Shown one piece after another: positions 16,963-23,868 of a stretch of 32,000 nt of DNA. The stretch spans positions 2,040,001 to 2,072,000 of the forward strand of contig NZ_CP042905.2 of NCBI RefSeq assembly GCF_008000775.2, read 5' to 3'. This stretch comes from Promethearchaeum syntrophicum (GTDB taxonomy: Archaea > Asgardarchaeota > Lokiarchaeia > Sigyniarchaeales > Promethearchaeaceae). The first letter of the stretch is position 1; each line of letters starts with the position of its first letter. The position numbers and the translations under genes are program-made. The notes under the pieces are model-generated. The model saw nothing but the letters and a program-made list of their open reading frames with translations, made no database searches and had not been told where the DNA came from.

Positions 16963-17195
16963 AAAAAAAATTGAATAGATAGCTAAGCTAAGAAAAATAA
17001 AATTATCATTAAAAAAGATAAAATTAAGGATGCTTCTTGAACAAATATCATAAATTTCCTAGGCATTTAGAACGATTAAGTGACTATTATCAATTGATTT
17101 GATGAATAATGTTCTTTTAGAAGATAATTTATAAAAAGTTTAAATATTAAATGAAACAAAGGAAAAATATTACAGTAATCCAAATGTGATAAAAA

Positions 17196-18569
17196 ATGAT
17201 AAATACTATCCAAAAAAAATTCCATCCAATCGCAAGAAATTTAACCATTTTAATTATTATTATCCAAATTTTATCGATAAGTCAAATAATATTTTGGTTT
17301 CAATTAAAGCAAGAATTAACTGAATTACCAATTCTTATTTTTACTATACCCTTTCTTCTACATCTGATTTTTCTTTTCATTTCAATCTCCTCTTTAAAAA
17401 AGAATCCTTTGGATTTTCCAAAATTTTCATTAATAATATTTTTGATTGCTTTAAGTATTTCATTAATATTTAGTAGATATGGCTTTTTTGAAACGGATCC
17501 TGACATTCGGCTACATAATCTCCTAATTATAATCTTTATTTTTTATATCATTTGCATTATTGTCTATTTAATTATTTTATTCGTAAATCTGATAGAAAAG
17601 AACCAATTAATTGAGACTTTTCTTGAAGATCAAGTAGAAATGAACATAAATTCACACAAATCGATAGATTTCAATAATGCAGAAAAAATTTTAGCTATTA
17701 ACATTATAAAAATAATTAATCGAATTTTCGAGCAAAAAAGAATTAAAATATGGTGGATAAATAAAGTATATTCTGATTCTCTTTATGATTTTAATTCCAA
17801 TCACTCAAAAATATTTATAATAATCCCTAATGTGGTCAAATACTTTGCGGAAAAAGCCAAAATTGATGAAAAAATTAAATTTGATGATGTTTCTTCAGAA
17901 TTAAATCTAAGTTCTTACGCACTCAAGAAGCTTCTCCAATATTTACGTGATAAATCAATATGTAATTTAAATTTAAGCCAAGATAATATGTACATTGATT
18001 TCGGTCGTTTTGTAAAAGATCAAATTGTAGATTTATCAATTCAAAATCTGGCTTCTTCTTCACCAATTCCTAATGATAATAATATTAGTAATCCAATATA
18101 TAAACAGAAAGAAGTTCAACAAAAAAGCAAAATTACTGCAGGTCTTTTTGGTATATTCCTTGGTGATTTTGGAATCCATCATTTCTATCTAGGAAACATC
18201 AGCAAAGGAATTCTTATGCTTGTTTTTTGCTGGACAGGAATCCCCGGTATTATAGGTTTAATTGAAGGAATTATGATTTTAGGCTCGTCAGATCAAGAAT
18301 TTGAAAATAAATATATTATTCTTTCTTCAAGTGCGAACTATTCTCAGAAAATTACGAATTATCATAATAATCGATCTCAATCCTCATCAAATTCAAATCT
18401 AATAAATACAGCTACTATACCATCCTCAGAGAATTTGAACCAAGATAAAAATTCAAGAGTTTCTCCTACTCTTTCAATTAAAAACTCTTTTTGTCCAAAA
18501 TGTGGAAGGAAATTAGATGGATGGTTTGAATTCTGCCCACAGTGCGGATTAAAACTACCGAATAATTAA
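17196..18569 (+). CDS. Multi-pass membrane protein with a TM2 domain and a C-terminal zinc ribbon
   Basis: The TM2-domain signature is GLFGIFLGDFGIHHFYLGNISKGILMLVFCWTGIPGIIGLIEG. The C-terminus is CPKCGRKLDGWFEFCPQCG. The N-terminal third is strongly hydrophobic. Confidence 0.6.
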   Translation: MINTIQKKFHPIARNLTILIIIIQILSISQIIFWFQLKQELTELPILIFTIPFLLHLIFLFISISSLKKNPLDFPKFSLIIFLIALSISLIFSRYGFFETDPDIRLHNLLIIIFIFYIICIIVYLIILFVNLIEKNQLIETFLEDQVEMNINSHKSIDFNNAEKILAINIIKIINRIFEQKRIKIWWINKVYSDSLYDFNSNHSKIFIIIPNVVKYFAEKAKIDEKIKFDDVSSELNLSSYALKKLLQYLRDKSICNLNLSQDNMYIDFGRFVKDQIVDLSIQNLASSSPIPNDNNISNPIYKQKEVQQKSKITAGLFGIFLGDFGIHHFYLGNISKGILMLVFCWTGIPGIIGLIEGIMILGSSDQEFENKYIILSSSANYSQKITNYHNNRSQSSSNSNLINTATIPSSENLNQDKNSRVSPTLSIKNSFCPKCGRKLDGWFEFCPQCGLKLPNN

Positions 18570-18685
18570 TTTTTTAATTATTCTGATGTACACGAGAAAT
18601 ATAAATTAATTTTAAATTAAATCTTTTTTAATAGAAATTAAAAGAATAAAAAAGGTAAAACATTGTGAGTTATTAAAGAAATGTT

Positions 18686-18836
18686 AGATTTGGGTTACTT
18701 TTTGCAAAGTAATCGGGAATTCCCCATGTTTACGAAACTCCGTCATTTTTCCAAATATTCAATTCTTGGCTTACCCAATAAGCCTTAATTTTTTAAACAT
18801 ACCTATTTTTTCCATCTCTACGCTCGAATTCAGAAC
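18686..18836 (-). repeat. Copy B of the ~150-bp repeat, covering the intact gene's 3' end and 3' UTR
   Basis: See 16779-16930. Confidence 0.8.
18712..18746 (-). promoter_or_regulatory. Candidate SECIS-like hairpin in the 3' UTR
   Basis: The minus-strand RNA is AUGAC-GGAGUUUC-GUAAACAUGG-GGAAUUCC-CGAU. It forms an 8-bp helix that includes two G-U pairs. UGAC and CGAU can form tandem sheared G.A pairs. The apical loop is A-rich. The element starts about 25 nt after the stop codon. Confidence 0.4.
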
Positions 18837-19082
18837 TAAATCATCCATTTCCTTATCTATGTATACCGGACAAGGAGTATCTTTTATCTCTATTTTTCTG
18901 AATTCACATTTCCCGTGAACTAAATCTTTTCCCGTAAAAGGATTTTCTTCAATTTTTAACTGAACATCGTACACAATTCCTCATCATCCATGAGTTTTTG
19001 AATAAAATATTAAAAAAACCGGAGATTTTAATTCACTAGCGCGACGAGAGATGAATCCCAATGCATCTGCGGCTATTTTCAT
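18771..19082 (-). CDS. HesB/IscA-like protein with tandem in-frame UGA-UGA, a candidate selenoprotein (alternatively a pseudogene)
   Basis: The ATG at 19082-19080 is preceded by AGGTGA (19094-19089) with a 6-nt spacer. There follow 32 codons (MKIAADALGFISRRASELKSPVFLIFYSKTHG), then TGA TGA at 18986-18981. The same frame continues GI plus the 67-aa track ORF. The total is 104 codons including the stop. Confidence 0.5.
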
Positions 19083-19564
19083 TGTAATTCACCTATAATT
19101 TCCTTTAGTATAAGTAATTTTAATTTTTATCCTTTTTAATCCGTTCTTTGTTTTTTCTAAGTTTTCTAAATTGACTTTTTTCATTCCTTTTTTTGGTCCA
19201 ATTTTGTAGAATAAATATGGGTGCTAGCATTTGTATAGACACTTATCAAGGTTTAGCATAAAGCTTTTAGATTCTCCATACTTTATTTTAGGTAATATAA
19301 CGTTTTCATTAACGCCAGTAAATGAGTCATTTCGGCTTCTATTATTCAAATCGTTGGAATAACACCCCAAAATTCCCATTTTTGAATAAGAATGAATATA
19401 AAAATAACCGAAATGATTAACAATTAATAGAATATTTACGAGTAATTAATGAAAAATTCTTAAGAATATAAGAAAAAATATAATATAATACTAATAAAAG
19501 TTATAAAAATTGTATATAAAAAAATTACAGATATGCAAATATAATAACAAATACGTGAAAAATC

Positions 19565-20383
19565 ATGATAGAATGGAATAAAGTCACAGAAAAGCCCGAT
19601 AAAATGTATAAAATACTGGGTCAAAATTTATTGGATCAACGCAACAAAATAAACGATTTGGAAAGCAATCTACAAACCACATCATCCGAACTTAATGCTG
19701 CACGAACCCGACAAGATCAAGCAAACTCAAAGATCGCAGGATATGAAAAAGACATTGAAGCTCTTGAAGAAAAACTAGTCCAATTCGAAGCCCTGACGAA
19801 AGAACATGCTACATTACAGCAACAATATGCACAGACTTCTGAAGAACTCTCTCAAGTTAAAGGCCAAATTGCTCAAATAACTCAAACTGTTGAAGATACT
19901 ACAGGTAAAATCACAGAACTAAGTAATACTAACATTGATCTTACAAAAAAACTCGAATTCAGTAATGCCCAAGCGGGTGAATTCAATACTAAAATGCTTG
20001 AAGCGCAAAAACAAGTTGAAGAACTAAGTAAACAAAATAGTGGATTAAAAGAACTTAATACTCAATATACTGCTCAAATTGCTGAACTCGAACAATCTGC
20101 ATCCAAAGTTAATGAACTCGAACAAAAAATTACTCAACAAGAAACTGTTCTCAAAGAAAAAACCTTGGCTGCCGATGAATTTGAAGCGAAACTCAAAGAG
20201 CTCGAACCGCCTGTGCCTGATGTATCGTCCTACGAACTTGATTCTCGAGTTACCTGCCCGATGTGTAATGGTACGGAGATTAAAGACATTGAAGATAAAT
20301 CAAAGGTGCTCTCCTATGTCGGGCACATGCCAATGTATGCACGCAAACATCAGTGTAAAAAATGCGGTTATGAATGGCAATAA
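19565..20383 (+). CDS. Coiled-coil protein with a C-terminal zinc ribbon
   Basis: About 200 aa of Q/E/K/L/T-rich heptad-like sequence, followed by CPMCNG...CKKCG. Confidence 0.6.
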   Translation: MIEWNKVTEKPDKMYKILGQNLLDQRNKINDLESNLQTTSSELNAARTRQDQANSKIAGYEKDIEALEEKLVQFEALTKEHATLQQQYAQTSEELSQVKGQIAQITQTVEDTTGKITELSNTNIDLTKKLEFSNAQAGEFNTKMLEAQKQVEELSKQNSGLKELNTQYTAQIAELEQSASKVNELEQKITQQETVLKEKTLAADEFEAKLKELEPPVPDVSSYELDSRVTCPMCNGTEIKDIEDKSKVLSYVGHMPMYARKHQCKKCGYEWQ

Positions 20384-20442
20384 TAATTGAAAAAGAACCT
20401 ATATTGCCGAACTTACAATAACATTTGCTGAAGAATTCTTAC

Positions 20443-20450
20443 TTTTTTTT
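20443..20450 (+). terminator. T8 tract, a putative terminator after the coiled-coil gene
   Basis: A run of 8 T about 60 nt after the stop at 20383. Confidence 0.25.
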
Positions 20451-20467
20451 CTTAAATTTTTTTTAAT

Positions 20468-20549
20468 GTAGGTCATATGCCGATATATACAAGTGCAATA
20501 AGAGTGAGATTAATTTTCCTGCCCAATGTGTAATGGCACAGAAATTTGA
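20468..20549 (+). pseudogene. Degenerate, reordered fragments of the upstream zinc-ribbon coding sequence
   Basis: gtaggtcatatgccgatatat (VGHMPIY) resembles gtcgggcacatgccaatgtat (VGHMPMY). ctgcccaatgtgtaatggcacagaaatt (CPMCNGTEI) resembles ctgcccgatgtgtaatggtacggagatt. The two fragments are in different frames and in inverted order relative to the gene. Confidence 0.45.
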
Positions 20550-20614
20550 TTTTTTTCTCAATATCATTCCAATAAACCAAAAATTTTTTTTCTCATAAAG
20601 CAGTAGGATTCAAT

Positions 20615-21394
20615 GTGGATAAAAAACTTAGCGATGATTATCGACCAATAATATCATATAACATGAACAAGAAAGGCGCTCAAGTAATCATTATTTTGGA
20701 GTTTTGTATAACTATAATCGCCATGCGCTACATTAACGGACCTTATTATCTTTTCATGTTTAATAATCCATGGATGTATTTTTTTTTACCGATTTCTATT
20801 TACGGGCTTATTTGGCAATTTAATGGTCTAACTTTAGTGCTTTCGTGGATAATTTATCAAATTTTTAAGTTGATTGAACCACCGAAGGAAGGTGAATTTC
20901 CGATTGATAGTCGTGAATATCGGTTCTATTGTTATAGATTTTGGATAATTTACTACATGACGTATGTTGCCCGTGCTATGCCTCTGCCTTGGGTAGATTA
21001 TTTAGCCTATCGTATCTTTAGTTTAAAGACAGGAGGGAATAATGTTCTATACGATAGTTGGATAGATCCCGAATTTTTGGAAATAGGGGAAAATTGCATG
21101 ATTTCACTTAACACACAACTGTTCTCCCATTGTATTTATCGGGATAAATTCGTGGTTAAGAGGATTGTTATTGAGGATAGCGGCATAGCAGGAGCGGGTG
21201 CAATTGTTGCACCAGGTACTGTTATTGGACAAGGGGCAGTGTTAGGGGCTTCAAGTAGTACAAAGATGGATCAAAATTTGAAGCAATTTTGCATACATGT
21301 GGGAACACCCGTTAAATTAGCCTTACCTATAAAAGTTATTGATGAAAGAGAAGAGACTCAATCAGAAAAACAAGAAGGAGACGAGAGTTCATGA
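20615..21394 (+). CDS. Membrane-anchored hexapeptide-repeat (left-handed beta-helix) transferase-like protein, paralogue A
   Basis: N-terminal TM helices are followed by SWIDPEFLEIGENCMISLNTQLFSH...IEDSGIAGAGAIVAPGTVIGQGAVLGASS. The start is a GTG at 20615, with an alternative ATG at 20660. Confidence 0.65.
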   Translation: MDKKLSDDYRPIISYNMNKKGAQVIIILEFCITIIAMRYINGPYYLFMFNNPWMYFFLPISIYGLIWQFNGLTLVLSWIIYQIFKLIEPPKEGEFPIDSREYRFYCYRFWIIYYMTYVARAMPLPWVDYLAYRIFSLKTGGNNVLYDSWIDPEFLEIGENCMISLNTQLFSHCIYRDKFVVKRIVIEDSGIAGAGAIVAPGTVIGQGAVLGASSSTKMDQNLKQFCIHVGTPVKLALPIKVIDEREETQSEKQEGDESS

Positions 21395-22239
21395 GCAGTC
21401 CAACATCAGTTAAATTAGCACCTCCCGCTTATATTGATCCACGAATTAGGCGTAAATATATCATACCCTATATAATTCAGATTTGGCTTTCCTGCTTACC
21501 CGCTGCATTTTTATTATACTGGTTTTATTATGCGGAGCTTGAAGTATTTATACAAAATATATTTTCTTCACATACCATCCTTGCAGATTCATTTTCATTT
21601 AGAGGAATGTTATTAAGTTGGGGTTGGGATATGCCTGGTTGGGTTTTTTCGATTTTAATTCCTATTAATTTCTTATTAATTTACTTAATAACTGTAATAT
21701 GGAGCGCAACAGTAACAAAAATTTACATAGGGCTTTTAAATTTAAGACACAAGCCGATCGAAGGTGTTTTCCTCCGAAGTGAGAAGGATAAAGATTATGT
21801 ATATTGGAATCGGCGTAATTTGAGTCGAATTTTTCTAAATTGGATATTATTTTCAGTTCCTTTTACCTTTTTAAAGAAAGCATTTGCTTACCAATTTTTT
21901 GGAGTTCCAATCGGGAAAAATGTTGCGATGAATCATTGTTGGGTGAGTCCAGAATTCATTGAAATCGGTAATAACGTTAAAATTGGTCAAGCTGCAGGAG
22001 TTTATTCATTTCAATTTGAAGGAGATAAATTACTTGTTGCAAAAGTGATAATCAAGGATGATGTATTAATCGGACCTCAAGCTGTAATATATCCAGGAAC
22101 TCTAGTTAATGAAGGGGTGACTCTTGATGGAGGGTGTTTTTCGGATCCTTTTACCGAGTACAAGGCAAATAGCGTATATCACGGAACACCTGCGAAATTA
22201 ATCGATTCTGCAGAATCTAAGGATTCTAACTCAACCTAA
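21391..22239 (+). CDS. Membrane-anchored hexapeptide-repeat transferase-like protein, paralogue B
   Basis: ATGA start/stop overlap with the previous gene. The architecture is the same: CWVSPEFIEIGNNVKIGQAAGVYSFQ...IKDDVLIGPQAVIYPGTLVNEGVTLDGG. Confidence 0.65.
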   Translation: MSSPTSVKLAPPAYIDPRIRRKYIIPYIIQIWLSCLPAAFLLYWFYYAELEVFIQNIFSSHTILADSFSFRGMLLSWGWDMPGWVFSILIPINFLLIYLITVIWSATVTKIYIGLLNLRHKPIEGVFLRSEKDKDYVYWNRRNLSRIFLNWILFSVPFTFLKKAFAYQFFGVPIGKNVAMNHCWVSPEFIEIGNNVKIGQAAGVYSFQFEGDKLLVAKVIIKDDVLIGPQAVIYPGTLVNEGVTLDGGCFSDPFTEYKANSVYHGTPAKLIDSAESKDSNST

Positions 22240-22379
22240 TACTCAGAAACTTAATTCCCGTAATTTTGCTTTGATAAATTTTGGAAAAAAAAATTTCCTA
22301 TTTCATCATTTTTACTAAGTTTTTATCTTAATATTGTAGAGTCGAAGAGCTTTTAATATATGATTCGCTATTTAACGCA

Positions 22380-23174
22380 ATGTTGGAAAAACTGCGAGAA
22401 AAATGGAATGAAGTTGATAAACCAAAGAAAGAGAAGATATTTGAACCAAGGAATAATTTGCAAGTAATTATCTTTTTTTTGGTAAGTTTTGGCTTGGGAT
22501 GGTTATTATTATTCGGTTTAGTCAAGTGGGAAAGTGTTTTACCACGCGATTATGAGGGATTTTATACATTTATTGCGTGGTCGCAATCATATTTTATTTA
22601 TATGTTTCTTATGGTTGTGCCCTTATTGATTGCAAACCAGATTTACAATCTTAAGAAAAAACATAACCCAGCAAATGGATTTGCTTCAATTACTGGATTT
22701 ATGCTATCAGGTCTCACTTACATGTTTGTTGATCCGTGGTTTGGAGGATATATGGCTTTTGCTGTTTCCTTAGCGGTATTGGGCAATTTCATGAGTCAAG
22801 GTGATTTTACATTAAAGAAGGGTCATTTATTCTTTTATTTCATAGTCGGTATTTATGCTGTAGCAATTAATACGATTTATATGAATTGGAGTCTGGATGT
22901 ATGGGTTTTTCTGCAATTTATTCATTTGCATTTATTTACAACCTTAATTGCTGCAATGAAAATTCGACAGTGGAGTTATATGTATATGATAGGATGGGCT
23001 TTTGGGGCTATAGTCATAATATTCCTTGGAGCTGTTGGGGTTTTAAGTGAAACTATATTGCTTTTAGGTTTATATAGTCTGGTAGTTCCACCACTGTTAG
23101 CCCTAACTATTTTAACTTATTTCTTTAAAATTCAAAGAAAAGTAAAAGCAAAATATATTGGTATGGATAAATAG
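22380..23174 (+). CDS. Polytopic membrane protein, hypothetical
   Basis: 264 aa with at least 6 hydrophobic helices. I recognise no family. Confidence 0.45.
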   Translation: MLEKLREKWNEVDKPKKEKIFEPRNNLQVIIFFLVSFGLGWLLLFGLVKWESVLPRDYEGFYTFIAWSQSYFIYMFLMVVPLLIANQIYNLKKKHNPANGFASITGFMLSGLTYMFVDPWFGGYMAFAVSLAVLGNFMSQGDFTLKKGHLFFYFIVGIYAVAINTIYMNWSLDVWVFLQFIHLHLFTTLIAAMKIRQWSYMYMIGWAFGAIVIIFLGAVGVLSETILLLGLYSLVVPPLLALTILTYFFKIQRKVKAKYIGMDK

Positions 23175-23220
23175 GATGATTTTTTATTTTCAAAAATTAT
23201 TATATCAATAGTGAATTATC

Positions 23221-23451
23221 ATGAAATTTGATCGTATTGAAATTAATCCAAAAATCCTTGGAGGAAAACCTGTTTTCAAAAATACTCGTATTCCATTATA
23301 TATTATTTTGCAAATGATACGAGACAACATTTCATTTGATCAAATAATTTTGGAATATCCACGCCTGGTTATTGAAGATATAAAAGCGGCTTTAGATTAC
23401 TCAATGTATCTACTCGATCATCCAGATGAAGAAACAATCTCGTTGATTTAA
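23221..23451 (+). CDS. DUF433-family small protein, a putative antitoxin
   Basis: INPKILGGKPVFKNTRIPLYIILQMIRDNISFDQIILEYPRLVIEDIKAALDY matches the DUF433 consensus pattern. Confidence 0.7.
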   Translation: MKFDRIEINPKILGGKPVFKNTRIPLYIILQMIRDNISFDQIILEYPRLVIEDIKAALDYSMYLLDHPDEETISLI

Positions 23452-23470
23452 TCCAAGGGAGATTTTTTTT

Positions 23471-23836
23471 ATGAAATTAATTGTAGATGAGTGTTTAGCA
23501 AAATCATCAATTTTAGTTCTTGAAAAATTGGGAATTGAAATTCTAACAATTATTGATATTTTAAATTTTGGAAGCGAAGATGAGAAAATTTACGAATACG
23601 CTTCACTCAATCAAATTCCTTTAATAACACATGATCGACGGTTTGGGCAGATTTATTTTGAATCCTATCTTGCACCACCTTTAACTATTGTTTTGCAAAT
23701 AGTTTTTCCTTATCCAAAAGGCACAAATGAGTTGATTAAGAAATTTTTTTTAAGAATAGGAAATTCTTTCGATTTGTTTAAAGGAAAATTAGTAATTATA
23801 TCTAATAAAAAAATCCGTATTAGATCTAAAAATTAA
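23471..23836 (+). CDS. DUF5615-family PIN-like protein, a putative toxin
   Basis: MKLIVDECL...GSEDEKIYEYASLNQIPLITHDRRFG fits the DUF5615 pattern, with acidic residues at the start and the T-x-D motif. It lies 19 nt downstream of the DUF433 gene. Confidence 0.6.
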   Translation: MKLIVDECLAKSSILVLEKLGIEILTIIDILNFGSEDEKIYEYASLNQIPLITHDRRFGQIYFESYLAPPLTIVLQIVFPYPKGTNELIKKFFLRIGNSFDLFKGKLVIISNKKIRIRSKN

Positions 23837-23868
23837 TTACTTTCTATTTAATACTTAAGGCTGAAAAG

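Noticed and set aside
16779-18836. Possibility that the ~150-bp repeats mark a CRISPR array, a MITE or the ends of an IS element
   Set aside because: There are only two copies, about 1.9 kb apart and in direct orientation. One copy is simply the 3' end of an intact gene. There are no short regular repeat-spacer units, no terminal inverted repeats and no transposase or integrase ORF between or beside them.
18771-18974. Stand-alone 67-aa GTG-start ORF as given in the track
   Set aside because: The same frame continues upstream through GI, TGA TGA and 32 further sense codons. It reaches an ATG with a good AGGTGA ribosome-binding site. The joined product looks like a complete IscA/HesB fold, whereas the 67-aa piece would be only its C-terminal two-thirds.
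19089-19184. 31-aa minus-strand mini-ORF (MKKVNLENLEKTKNGLKRIKIKITYTKGNYR) ending 6 nt before the HesB-like start
   Set aside because: It is short, Lys-rich and low-complexity in AT-rich DNA, and I recognise no family. Its stop TGA is part of the AGGTGA Shine-Dalgarno site, so the ORF is probably a by-product of the leader sequence.
20079-20390. 103-aa plus-strand ORF in an alternative frame of the coiled-coil gene
   Set aside because: It overlaps the longer coiled-coil/Zn-ribbon ORF out of frame. Its Lys/Asn/Ser-rich composition is typical of off-frame translation of a Q/E/K-rich gene.
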